Below, piece after piece: positions 30,701-39,621 of a DNA stretch of 39,621 nucleotides; within the stretch, counting starts at the first letter, position 1, and each line of letters opens with the position of its first letter. Origin of the DNA: Trichomonas gallinae (Eukaryota). Below the pieces are notes generated by a model, which did not search any database, had not been told where the DNA came from, and was given only the letters and a program-made list of their open reading frames with translations. Where the stretch lies: assembly GCA_008369845.1 (NCBI GenBank), contig MRSU01003509.1:1-39621 (forward strand), read 5' to 3'. Made by a program: the position numbers and the translations under genes.

Positions 30701-32202
30701 AATTTTTGAAGATCTGTTGTTAGTTTTTGATTTTCTTGAGAGAGTTTTTCGATTTGATTTTGAAGATTCGTTATTGTGTTTTTATCTTCATTTGATTTCG
30801 ATTGCAGGATTTGTATTTGACTTTCATATTCATCATTTGTCTGCGAATCACCGAAAATTTGCTTCAGCAAAGCAGGAACGCGAACTATTTGTGTCATTTC
30901 ATCATCCAGCAAGAAAGAAGGAATTCCAAACTGTTCCTTCATTGTTTGCAACATTTGTTCAACATTTTTATGAGCATTTGTTGTCATTGTCGTCATTTTT
31001 TGCAATTGAACACGCATCGACTCTAGTTCAGCTTGGCATATCTTAACTGTCTTAGATGCATTCTGGAGACTGTTGGTGAAGTTTGTTTGTGAATCTTCAA
31101 TTTGTTTCTTGAGATTTTCTTCTTCTTTTTTAGAATTGTCTAATTTCTTTGATAACTGCAAAATAAGGAATTTCATCTCTGAGATCTCTTTTGTCTTGTT
31201 TTGGATCTCCCTTTCGATTGCTGGATCGATTCCGAAATTAGATTTCGAATGTTTTTCGATTTTATCGCCAATATGACTTGCTGACATTTGTAATTTGCTT
31301 CTGAGATCATCATTTTCGATTCTTAGCTTAGAAATTTCTTCCGCTGCTTCTGTTAATTTCTTTTTCTGTCGATCTGTAACATTTTTCGCTTCTTGGAGAA
31401 GTGATTCGCGTAACTCAATAGAATCTGTCAATTGACGACGAAGTTCACTAATTTGAGACTGTGATTCCGAAATATTGTCGATTGTTTCTAATTCATTTAT
31501 TCTTTGTGTAAGATTTTTAATTTGACGATTTGATGATTCAATATATTCTTGTTGCTTTTGTATTTGTGCGGCTAACTGCCCAACATTTTTATCTTTTGAT
31601 TGAAATGAATTTTGAAGTTCGTTATATTGTGAAGATATTTCTTGATTTGATGTAGCAAGCGAGAGTTCTTTGCGTAGAGAGACTATTGTTGAAATCAATC
31701 TTCTGTTGTTTTCTTCTAAGGTATGAATTTTGCTCAAAGAAGGAGGAGATTCTTTTTGGAATCTATAACTCTCATTTGAATTTGTATTTGAACTGCTGCT
31801 GCGTAATTGCTCGATTTCGGTTTTCATTCTTTCGTTTTCAATTATAACGGAATTATATAAATTTTTGTTCTTGTTTAATTCAGAATTTAACTGATCGATT
31901 GTAGATTTTAGAGATAATATTTGATTTTCTGCTAAGTCTTTTTCTTTTCTGCTTTGATTTTTGAGTTGATCTAATTCTAAATTTAATCTCTGATTTTCTT
32001 CACCTAAATTTTGGATCTGTTTCAACATCAATGAACGTTCTTTGGATGATTTTTCGGGTGATTGTTCAGTATGCCTCGAATTTGTTCTATTCGGAGTTAA
32101 AAACTTAGATGAACGGTTCTTAAACGTAGTATCAGTCGACATAGATGAATAAACTTCCGTATCATCACCTTTCTTCCGAATAACAGGTGAATAATAACTC
32201 AT
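27730..32202 (-). CDS. Long coiled-coil protein (1490 aa; of the kind often annotated 'viral A-type inclusion protein-like' in trichomonads)
   Basis: Uninterrupted ORF dominated by E/K/N/Q/L heptads, with a Ser-rich N-terminus and a non-coiled C-terminal region. Confidence 0.88.
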   Translation of the reverse strand: MSYYSPVIRKKGDDTEVYSSMSTDTTFKNRSSKFLTPNRTNSRHTEQSPEKSSKERSLMLKQIQNLGEENQRLNLELDQLKNQSRKEKDLAENQILSLKSTIDQLNSELNKNKNLYNSVIIENERMKTEIEQLRSSSSNTNSNESYRFQKESPPSLSKIHTLEENNRRLISTIVSLRKELSLATSNQEISSQYNELQNSFQSKDKNVGQLAAQIQKQQEYIESSNRQIKNLTQRINELETIDNISESQSQISELRRQLTDSIELRESLLQEAKNVTDRQKKKLTEAAEEISKLRIENDDLRSKLQMSASHIGDKIEKHSKSNFGIDPAIEREIQNKTKEISEMKFLILQLSKKLDNSKKEEENLKKQIEDSQTNFTNSLQNASKTVKICQAELESMRVQLQKMTTMTTNAHKNVEQMLQTMKEQFGIPSFLLDDEMTQIVRVPALLKQIFGDSQTNDEYESQIQILQSKSNEDKNTITNLQNQIEKLSQENQKLTTDLQKLNQDNQIIIKENEKVKNEIEKMKNENGNINNENQRLIKEIDSHKTQNQELKKQYEELSNKLNSSNKEYEAMIEQLKKQISNLSDDNSKISNENDKLNDEISKLSESLSQLKIENEKLNNDLVKLNEEKAKLIKSSDESYSILAKENQSLNNQLSHLKQNIAESENRIIQLTEKNEKLLNQNNAKENELLSLQNETEAQITKQKEDFNLQNEAKTAMINELQEKLTKLENEINLNQQNLKLEKTQKDFISKQLTDQIDELKQDKSKLQNDLDNHKNENQKLNNKNLKLQNELQVMQNEKTNLENEAEKLKSKLENEMKIYKDQIEDLKSKTQFSIDNEKEKTSKLTKLLKDSYKDKENVENSLENIKQQKLKLERENEDLKQATNRLENDLNAEKNKSYKLQLKIDSDKLNLTAMKDKIDSTTKENEEMTKKYKEKLTKMKEKLDRLNEERETVSEFKSVANLQKSIKDANLENDKLSVVNDSLKHKIDELKLENSTMKENNKNLQNEISSLKDDVSKLKNENNKLNNEIEKLSSDLMKTKSEVKEWKLQAQTLEVQGQIQVQAAKKALEDSNKDKIFFENELKKVKEEKSRLEKSMEQTVPSSDYQTLLADYDDFIKRKTVDEKSRESEIAQKDKEINDLQQRFGKKIAENENLLNLANEEIDKKSATIKDLQSKVAKLQEQVKTLTSSNSKMCSTTERDNAIEQANSLEKELNEMREKFEKLAESNTEAIKKSKSHLDELTKERDSLMNEKVKLEKNLRLKENENTINKGEIDLLKNQLQEFRNRLSSNDKQYCKDLDKISNDLRSKEANLVSLQRENEQMKTSLQKCFHNIESLPTTISLSDRLRDSFMHISEMFVGSNMKPLSFIPVVRKLSLFNASSVTIIEDKRQATKSERAIAAQILCEFSDMSGVSAKAAIESNLDSQLMLIKKSIEHLKKLLSNNQRKLKDMAEVVNSQHETVLMISKSPSNSDLVSVSTKNVEISNMILSK

Positions 32203-32349
32203 TTTTTTTTAATTTTTAATTTTTGGCCCCTAAAATAAAATAAACGACCCTTGAATATTAAATCCCTTATTTAAAATTTAACGCCCTAATTAATATTTTT
32301 TTTCCTAAAATGTTTATTTCACTCAACTGCTATGAAAAGTATCTAAAAG

Positions 32350-33078
32350 ATGCCTGTCACTAGCATTGAGCCAACTAGTGAACCACATTCATATATTGTA
32401 AGAGGCTCAGGTGCATTTACAGGTCTTGATTCTTATCATGATGCTGTGAATTTATCGATAATTGGCTTTTCTGTAGCTAGCACTGGATGTTTTAAGATGT
32501 TACCCAATCTAAAAAACGTTTCATTTGATGACAGTTTAAATTCTATGGAAGATATAGTTTTTGTCAATACAAATGTTTCCTATTTTACAGTTCCTAAATC
32601 AGTAACTAAGCTTTCAGATGGACAAAGCTTCGATGAAGGTGTCCCTTTTGTAAGAATTTATGTCCATCCTGATAATCCAAACTACTGTGATATTGACGGA
32701 ATTGTTTACACCAAAGATAAAAGGAAATTGTATCATTGGCCAGGCAACCATGGTGAAGAGTATGTTGTTGTTCCTGATTTTGTCCAAGAAACAAGCACAG
32801 CAGCATTTGGTAAAAGCACGATGATTAAATATATTCGATTTCCCCCTAATGTCAAATTTATTGGCTCATATCAATTTGCACGCAATACTGCCCTAGAATA
32901 CGTAGAAATACAAAATAAACCAAATAAAAATTGGTATAATATCGCACAAATGATGCTACTTTCTCCAAAAAATTCTTCTATAATTCATTTCAAGCCAGTT
33001 CCGCTTTTCACGTGTAATTGTAATAGCATGATTTGGAGACTTAATCTATTTTTATACCAAATTTTCACTTATTTATAA
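32350..33078 (+). CDS. Short BspA-like (TpLRR/LRR_5) leucine-rich repeat protein, copy 1 (242 aa)
   Basis: CFKMLPNLKNVSFDDSL, FTVPKSVTKL, IYVHPDNPNYCDIDGIVYTKDKRKLYHWP, IRFPPNVKFIGSYQF. Stop overlaps TAAA. Confidence 0.85.
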   Translation: MPVTSIEPTSEPHSYIVRGSGAFTGLDSYHDAVNLSIIGFSVASTGCFKMLPNLKNVSFDDSLNSMEDIVFVNTNVSYFTVPKSVTKLSDGQSFDEGVPFVRIYVHPDNPNYCDIDGIVYTKDKRKLYHWPGNHGEEYVVVPDFVQETSTAAFGKSTMIKYIRFPPNVKFIGSYQFARNTALEYVEIQNKPNKNWYNIAQMMLLSPKNSSIIHFKPVPLFTCNCNSMIWRLNLFLYQIFTYL

Positions 33079-33220
33079 AAAGCTATGAAATTATTAACAT
33101 CACATCATGATCCTAAAATCGTTGATTTGATGATTTTTATGATTTTTACTTATTCATATGGTATTTCTAAATCAAAATAAAAATTAAATAATTACAAAAA
33201 AAAAAGTTGTAAAAAACCAA

Positions 33221-33268
33221 AACGGTTTTAGAATTCAATTTTTTCACTTTTTGATAATAAAACGGTTA
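33221..33268 (+). promoter_or_regulatory. Two Myb-type (M3-like) AACGGTT sites 40 bp apart upstream of BspA-like copy 2
   Basis: AACGGTTT at 33221-33228 and AACGGTTA at 33261-33268, both within AAAACGGTT. Confidence 0.4.
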
Positions 33269-33376
33269 TTTTTGGTATTTGACTTTACATTTTATTCAAA
33301 TAGAGTTTACATGCCATTTTGACAATTTACAAGTATTTTTTATTAGGTAGAATGTTGGTGGACCTGATATTCAATC

Positions 33377-34096
33377 ATGGGTGTTGAATCAGTTGAACAA
33401 AATGATGAACCCTTCTCATACACTTTTATTGGAAGTGGTGATTTTGAAGGTCATGATTCATATTTAGATGCTGTTAAATTAAATCTTGTTGGTTTTGTTG
33501 GAACCAAACAATCATGCTTCTCGATGTTTCCTAACCTAAAAAATGTTACATTTGATGATAGTTTAATAGGAATAACTGATAAGACTTTCGCTGGTGCGCA
33601 TTTAGAATATTTTACTGTTCCTAAATCAGTAGTAGACCTTTCTAATATGCAATGTTTTGATGAAGGTGACCCTTTCATTAAAATTTTTGTGCATCCAGAT
33701 AATCCGAAATATTGCGACATTGATGGAATTGTTTTCTCTAAAGATAAGAAAGAGCTTTATTATTGGCCAGGTAATCATGGCGAAGAATATGTTATAATTC
33801 CAGATTTTGTCGAAAAGGTCGGAATTGGAGCTTTTGGATCAAGCAATAAAATCAGATATGTTCGCTATCCTCCCAATGTTCAATATATTGGTCCCTATCA
33901 ATTTTATCGCAATACTGCAATTGAATATGTCGAAATCCAGAACAAACAAGACCCAAAAAAATATAGCCCAAGTATGGGTGATGCAACAACAATACATTAT
34001 CGTCCTGTTCCTGTCGCTACCAAGTTTTGTCCATGTTATACCATATCTTACTACAATTCTATACTATATCTTGTCGCTGTTATTATTGAATTATAA
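33377..34096 (+). CDS. Short BspA-like (TpLRR/LRR_5) leucine-rich repeat protein, copy 2 (239 aa)
   Basis: Collinear paralog of 32350..33078, sharing HPDNPxYCDIDGIV and WPGNHGEEYVxxPDFV. TCAATC lies before the ATG. Confidence 0.85.
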   Translation: MGVESVEQNDEPFSYTFIGSGDFEGHDSYLDAVKLNLVGFVGTKQSCFSMFPNLKNVTFDDSLIGITDKTFAGAHLEYFTVPKSVVDLSNMQCFDEGDPFIKIFVHPDNPKYCDIDGIVFSKDKKELYYWPGNHGEEYVIIPDFVEKVGIGAFGSSNKIRYVRYPPNVQYIGPYQFYRNTAIEYVEIQNKQDPKKYSPSMGDATTIHYRPVPVATKFCPCYTISYYNSILYLVAVIIEL

Positions 34097-34393
34097 CTAT
34101 TGATTAATATTAAGCTTTAGATAAACCACTTTAAAATGCCCATCGAAATTGCATAATTTTTTTCGAATGATGAAATATTAAGAATAAATTTTAACGTATA
34201 TGATAAGCTATTTCTAAAGAAATGATTTCCTTTCAATGTGTCTATAAAATTTGCATTGTGAATAAATATTAACTGTGCAAATTAAAATTTCAGATAATAA
34301 AATTTAATTAAATCTTCGTATTCTTGTGGATTTGAGATAACTAGGAGCATTATTATAAGATTTGTCATTGGTTGACTGATTATTTATTCATTA

Positions 34394-36433
34394 ATGAAGT
34401 CTGTTTCTCACGAGGCGCTGCTTCAATCAGAAAACAATGATTTGAGGGCGCAAATTGCAGACCTGGAAGGTAAACTTACTCGTGTTATGACAGAAAAAAA
34501 CATGTCTTCAACGGAAATTTCTTCAATCTTCAAAGATCAAAAACAGTTATCTGAATTAAAATCAAAATTACGCGAATCTCAGCTTGAAAGTTCGAAATAT
34601 AGAGCGATTCTTGAAGCCCAAGAGTCTTCAATCCTTAATTCTTTCAGTGTTGATGAAAATTTGAAAAGCCAGATCCTTGATACTAAAAATCAGATATCTC
34701 TTGAGAATGCACAACGTGAAAAAGAACAACTACATGAATTATCAGTTGCTCAGCTTGAAATTTCAAAATTAAGAAATCAATTATGTTCTTCTGAAGCAAA
34801 AAACGCAGAGCAATTATTAAGAATAAAGGAACTTGAATCTAAATTAGGCGAAATTGATGGAAATGATCAATATAACGGTGCAGTAAATAAAAGATTACAA
34901 GGTTCTATTGGTGATTTACAGCTAAAATACGAACAGTTGCAAGTAAGATACCAAGAAAGTTTGAAAAATATTGATAAATTGAAAGAACAAGCAAAATTAG
35001 ATCAAGAAAAATTAAATCAGCAAATTAAGCAATTAAACGATCAAAATTTATCATATAAGCAGAAAATTGCCACAGACACTGCACAAATCACTAGATTGGA
35101 TGGACAGCTTGTTACAGCGAAATCTCAGATTGCAAGATGTGAACAACTTGTTTCTCAACTTGAAAACAACCGCCAATCAACTCAGCAAGAGCAGCAGCAA
35201 CAAATTGTTCAACTCAAAAACCAAATAAGCGATTTAAATAATGAAATAAATCGAATTAAAGAAGAAAAACAAAATTTAATGCAAAACAACGAAACACTTC
35301 AAAAGAAGAACAACGAGCTGCAGAATATAATATCAATGAACAAATTAGAAAACGAAAACTTGAATAATCAAATAAATTTGTTAAAAGATGACTTTAATCA
35401 AAAGCAAACAGACAACCAGTCACTACTAGAGAAGTATAAGGACATCCAAAGCAAATATCAGACATTGCAAGTTAATTTTGAAGAAAATCAAAGAGAAAAA
35501 ATTAAAATTCAAAATGAACTGCGTAATTTGTCAATGGAACATGAAACCCAGATCAGAAAATCCACAATACAATCGAATGCTATGGAACAATCGATTTCTG
35601 GCATTAAAAATGAAAATGAAAAATTAATTCAACAGATTAAACTAAAAGATGAGCAAATTCGTTCATTAGAAAATAGACAAGCAATAGATGCAAAAGAGAA
35701 ACAAACTATGCACAATGACATACAAAACATACAAAACAAATTTAATAGATTATTACAGCTTCTAAATGACGAAAAAACGAAAGTTGTTCGGCTAGAAAGC
35801 CAGATTTCGACAATGAAAACAGAACAATCAACAAAAATATATGATCCCGAGAAAGAATTAATTTCTAAACAACTAGATTTCGCGCAAAGAGAAAATCTAA
35901 AATTGCAGAACGAAATTGGATCAATTCAGCAGAGAATACAGCAGAACAAGCTTCTTCAGGTCCAGTTAACTACGCAGCTTGAAGATGCGCAGCAGAAAAT
36001 ACTCGATTTAACGAAAGATAAGAAAACTGTTGTTGATCCGCAAATTCCTAAAATTTTTTCAAACAAAGTTTTGCATCTTTTCAAGAAATTCTGCAAGGTG
36101 TTTATACTGAGAATTGCTGTCCTTGAGACACATATAAACGTTATGTCGAATTCTCTGATGAGACTGCAAAACGTTTTACTTTCCAATTCTACCAGTCAGC
36201 AAAACAAAATTGATTTGGCTGTTCACAGGGAAGTTATTGATTTACTCAGCAGGAAGGCAGCGAGAGCTTATCATGTACACTCCAATGAAGTCCCTTCCGC
36301 AGCTTTATTAGTTAATAACGCAAATGTTAGGAATGAATTTTTATCAAAACTCGTTAAAAAGCATAATGTCTGCAATCACACTGACGAAGACGTGCAAAGA
36401 GTCCTAAACTCTGTTGTTTTATACAGAGTGTAA
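34394..36433 (+). CDS. Coiled-coil protein (679 aa)
   Basis: Uninterrupted Q/E/K/L heptad-rich ORF. Inr TCATTA at 34388-34393 abuts the ATG; stop overlaps TAAA. Confidence 0.87.
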   Translation: MKSVSHEALLQSENNDLRAQIADLEGKLTRVMTEKNMSSTEISSIFKDQKQLSELKSKLRESQLESSKYRAILEAQESSILNSFSVDENLKSQILDTKNQISLENAQREKEQLHELSVAQLEISKLRNQLCSSEAKNAEQLLRIKELESKLGEIDGNDQYNGAVNKRLQGSIGDLQLKYEQLQVRYQESLKNIDKLKEQAKLDQEKLNQQIKQLNDQNLSYKQKIATDTAQITRLDGQLVTAKSQIARCEQLVSQLENNRQSTQQEQQQQIVQLKNQISDLNNEINRIKEEKQNLMQNNETLQKKNNELQNIISMNKLENENLNNQINLLKDDFNQKQTDNQSLLEKYKDIQSKYQTLQVNFEENQREKIKIQNELRNLSMEHETQIRKSTIQSNAMEQSISGIKNENEKLIQQIKLKDEQIRSLENRQAIDAKEKQTMHNDIQNIQNKFNRLLQLLNDEKTKVVRLESQISTMKTEQSTKIYDPEKELISKQLDFAQRENLKLQNEIGSIQQRIQQNKLLQVQLTTQLEDAQQKILDLTKDKKTVVDPQIPKIFSNKVLHLFKKFCKVFILRIAVLETHINVMSNSLMRLQNVLLSNSTSQQNKIDLAVHREVIDLLSRKAARAYHVHSNEVPSAALLVNNANVRNEFLSKLVKKHNVCNHTDEDVQRVLNSVVLYRV

Positions 36434-36915
36434 ATTAATATTATGTTTATTTGTTTATAAAATTGTTATTTTATTAATAATCATTTTGAAATATTTTTTA
36501 TCTATTAAGAAATACACTATAATATGAAAAATATAGAGATGAAAATTCTAATCAATATTACTTATTGTTAGTATAATAATAAAAACAAGATAATTTGAAA
36601 AAAATATCAAATATTTTATTTTTTCAGCATAAATCATATAAAATGAAGCAAAATTTAATTATAAATTGTAATAAATTGATGATTAATCGCTCCAAATATA
36701 TTATAAAAACGAAAAATATTTTTTGGAAAATTCAAATATCATTTTTAATCTTTCAATACATAAGAATACAGTTTTCTATTGTCAATAATTAATTTTTAAA
36801 GACTATTTAATATATATTTACCAATGAAAAAATAGTGAATTTGAATATTCATGAGAATTTAAGCTATATGTGTAGGAAAAATAAAGGTACTAAATAGCAT
36901 AACGTTTAATAATAC

Positions 36916-37593
36916 TTACTTCTTTGGAGATACTGCTTTCTTCACCTTCTTTGCAACAGTCTTAATTAATCCTTCATCTTCCTCTTCCTGGTTCTTATCA
37001 TCAGCTGGCATCTCCAAAACCTCGCCGATCCACTTGCGGTCGAACTCTGCAGCATATTGTTCGAGCGACTGGCGGTCAGGATCAAGGCCGTCATACTGAA
37101 TTCCCTTCTTCTTTAATAATCTAGCGACAGCAGCCTGGTTTGCCTTGATTGCATAGTGCATTGCGCATAAACCAACACTTGAAACAGAGTTAATATCAGC
37201 TCCAAGAGCGAGAATGCATTCAATAAATTGAACATGTCCACGATAAGCTGCGATATGGAGTGCATTCTTGCCCTCTTGTGTTTTGTCATCGAATGATGCG
37301 CCAGCCTTGATCAAAAGCTCAACACATTCCGTGCGGCCGCAATATGCAGCCCAGTGGAGAGCGGAAAAGCCGAATGGATTCTTTTTGTTGACTTTAGCGC
37401 CGTTGTCGAGTAAGTATTGGCATGTTTCGTCTGCTCCTGAAGCGGCAGCTATCATTAGTAATGTGTGAACTTGATTTGTAGGAGAGTTAATCGAAGCATC
37501 AGCACTAACCTCTGATGGTACAAGCTTAGAGAGTTCGTCTACGTTGTTGAATTGCGAATATGTCCACGCGCGCTGGATAAGTTCCGCTGACAT
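36916..37593 (-). CDS. Ankyrin-repeat protein (225 aa)
   Basis: About four ankyrin repeats (TLLMIAAASG, GFSALHWAAYCG, GKNALHIAAYRG, GLCAMHYAIKAN) and an acidic-then-basic tail. First ATG is at 37593. Confidence 0.92.
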   Translation of the reverse strand: MSAELIQRAWTYSQFNNVDELSKLVPSEVSADASINSPTNQVHTLLMIAAASGADETCQYLLDNGAKVNKKNPFGFSALHWAAYCGRTECVELLIKAGASFDDKTQEGKNALHIAAYRGHVQFIECILALGADINSVSSVGLCAMHYAIKANQAAVARLLKKKGIQYDGLDPDRQSLEQYAAEFDRKWIGEVLEMPADDKNQEEEDEGLIKTVAKKVKKAVSPKK

Positions 37594-38286
37594 TATTTTT
37601 TCCAAAAATAAACGTTTACGCTTCTCCTCACTTCGCCCTTCATTTATACACCTCTTAAATCATTGATAACTAAAATAACGAAAAAATTGCCAATTTGTCA
37701 TTACATCATTGAAAAAACCAAAAGAAGTGTTACGTCTTAGCAAAAAACACAAAAAAAGTATGAAATTTAGAATCTAAATGCTATCATGATGCTATATTTA
37801 ATGCCAAAAGTATATGGTGAGGTGAGGAAAACGGTTATCTAGCACTTTTCTTCACAAACCTCTGGCACTTTTCTGGACTAATTTCAATCATATTAGGCTC
37901 ATATTCATATAAATAATAAAATTATTAAAAAAAGAATTTTGTGCGTCACCTTTTACTTAATAAAAAATATACAGTGAAGAACATCATTGAATCATGAGAA
38001 ATTAACTCTATATTGAAGGTTGTTTAAAATGAAACAATAAAATGGATGATTTTTTCATTATTGGATTTATATTAAGTATTTAAGCATTACAGTATAGTTA
38101 ATGATGGATTTTTGGCTCTGTATGATCATATTTTGTGAGTAAATTTAAGAATTTTGCCCATCGAAATTTATATAAAATATCTTCGCGAAAAATTAAGTAA
38201 ATTAGTATTATATGTACTTGTTAATATAAGATTTGAAGATTTCCATTAGTTTAGATAATAATGGAAATAGTCATCAAAAAATGTGT

Positions 38287-39099
38287 TTACTCGTCGGCTT
38301 CAGCCTTCTTCTTTCCGTGAAGCCAATCGGAGTTCTTGACGAATGGGTGCTGCTCAGCTGGGCGGTCTTCCCACTGGTCTGGAGTGAGGAATTTGTATGT
38401 TTCCTCGATAGCGTTGTATGTGGCAACAAGGAAGTTGAATGTTGTCTTTGTGTTACCAAGTGAAGATGTGAAGAGATCCTCGAAACCAGCCATTGTGAGA
38501 AGTCTCTTGGCAGCGGAACCAGCGACGATGCCGGAACCACGTGGAGCTGGGATTAAGCGCATTCTGATGGAGCCGCACTTGCCTGTAACTGTGGTTGGGA
38601 CTGTGTGTGGTTGACCGATCTTGTTGCCCCAATAGCCCATACGGACTGGGAGAATGGAAAGCTTAGCGTAGATTGTGGCGCCCTTGATAGCGTTAGCAAC
38701 TTCAGCAGCTGTCTTGATACCAAGACCGATGTGACCCTTGCCATCACCGACAGCGGCAATAGCTTTAAAGCGTGTGCGCTGGCCAGCGCGTGTCTGCTTC
38801 TGGACTGGCATGATCTTCATGATCTCATCCTTAAGATCCTCACCAAGGAGATGTTCAACAATTTCGGCCTCCTTGATTGGGATTGCGTGGTAGAAAATTT
38901 CCTCGATGGATTTAATCTTGCCGGACTTGACAAGACGGCCAAGCTTTGTGCGAGGCTGCCATCCGCCCTTCTGACCGCCGCGTGGAGCGCGTGGACCGCG
39001 TGGGCCACGGCCCTCACGACGTCCGCGCATTTCACCGCGCAACTGCTGGTCATTTCCCTGGGGTTGAACTTGTTCGCCTGTAACAGGTTGCTCAGACAT
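38287..39099 (-). CDS. RPS2: 40S ribosomal protein S2 (uS5), 270 aa
   Basis: [57 protein letters not shown]-rich N-terminus and strong codon bias. ATG at 39099; stop overlaps TAAA. Confidence 0.97.
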   Translation of the reverse strand: MSEQPVTGEQVQPQGNDQQLRGEMRGRREGRGPRGPRAPRGGQKGGWQPRTKLGRLVKSGKIKSIEEIFYHAIPIKEAEIVEHLLGEDLKDEIMKIMPVQKQTRAGQRTRFKAIAAVGDGKGHIGLGIKTAAEVANAIKGATIYAKLSILPVRMGYWGNKIGQPHTVPTTVTGKCGSIRMRLIPAPRGSGIVAGSAAKRLLTMAGFEDLFTSSLGNTKTTFNFLVATYNAIEETYKFLTPDQWEDRPAEQHPFVKNSDWLHGKKKAEADE

Positions 39100-39105
39100 T
39101 GAACA

Positions 39106-39141
39106 AAAGGGTTCGACCAAGGTTCTCAAACAAAGCGGTTT
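39106..39141 (-). promoter_or_regulatory. RPS2 core promoter: CCTTT (M5-type initiator) plus an M3-like Myb site
   Basis: CCTTT on the - strand at 39110-39106, 6 nt before the ATG. AGCGGTTT at 39134-39141 on the + strand. CCTTT initiators are known from T. vaginalis ribosomal protein genes. Confidence 0.6.
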
Positions 39142-39557
39142 GGTGTCACGTTTTATTAACTAACGTTATTTTCATTGCGTATTTGGTATCTTTATCATAC
39201 AACAAATCTAGATTTATGAAAATTACCACCAAAACATTATTTGTTGTTTTTTTGGTGTAAACTGTCAGAATTTTTGTCAGAATTAATAACAATTATGTAT
39301 TTATCGATGTTATATAATAATATCATGAAATTAAAATTTGTAAAGTGGCAGAATATGCTTAGAAAAAGTCTTGAAAAACTTGGAAAATTCAATATAAATT
39401 ATGGATTTTCATGCAGAATTTGTTCATAATAACAATAGCTGATTCTATATTTAAAATACTGGATATTTTTCTTTTCACTTTAGAATAGAAAAATATTTTT
39501 TTTCCGGAACATTTAGAAATTTTTCCCATTATTTCTTTATCGTAACGATGCGCTCGG

Positions 39558-39616
39558 TACGCAAAATCCAATGCGTAAAAAATTTACCTTACGCATTTGA
39601 CATACGCAATTGCGTA
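39558..39616. repeat. Cluster of five TACGCA/TGCGTA hexamers, including a perfect 14-bp palindrome
   Basis: TACGCA at 39558, 39590 and 39603; TGCGTA at 39572 and 39611; TACGCAATTGCGTA at 39603-39616. Confidence 0.75.
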
Positions 39617-39621
39617 CTCAG

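Noticed and set aside
27941..31276. Ser/Phe/Leu-rich + strand ORFs opposite the coiled-coil gene
   Set aside because: Antisense translation of GAA/AAA-rich codons.
27730..36433. Viral or mobile origin of the coiled-coil genes
   Set aside because: The 'A-type inclusion' resemblance is compositional. No integrase, polymerase, capsid or terminal repeats were seen.
36595..36792. 65-aa ORF between convergent genes
   Set aside because: Non-ATG start, extreme AT content and no motif; likely terminator or UTR sequence.
24492..39099. Functional clustering of the PRMT with RPS2, whose RG-rich N-terminus is a PRMT3 substrate in other eukaryotes
   Set aside because: The genes are about 13 kb apart with unrelated genes between them, and the enzyme lacks the PRMT3 zinc finger. 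Proximity is probably chance.
38233..39102. Overlapping ORFs on both strands of RPS2
   Set aside because: Consequence of the GC-richer biased codon usage of a highly expressed gene.

Overview
AT-rich, gene-dense eukaryotic DNA with no intron I could detect. It looks like a trichomonad (Trichomonas vaginalis-like) genome, inferred from Inr-type TCA(Y)TT/TTACTT motifs just before ATGs, TAAA overlapping several stop codons, a CCTTT motif before the ribosomal protein gene, and BspA-like and coiled-coil families. Intact genes: a 2578-aa HECT E3 ligase, a Pmp-like type I membrane protein, a WD40-like protein that lacks an in-frame ATG at its apparent start, a protein with three degenerate RRM-like repeats, a FYVE-less Fab1/PIKfyve-type kinase, a type I arginine methyltransferase, two long coiled-coil proteins, a tandem pair of short BspA-like LRR genes, an ankyrin-repeat protein and RPS2. 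Five genes are broken by frameshifts and/or in-frame stops and were reconstructed by hand. Best lead: five proteins from four unrelated families, none with an obvious N-terminal signal peptide where the N-terminus is visible, end in a Cys (S/T-Cys in four) followed by exactly 20-21 residues with a hydrophobic terminus. This is a candidate shared C-terminal anchoring or lipidation signal. I recognised no CRISPR array, rRNA, tRNA or intact transposase. All family assignments are by eye, not from database searches.
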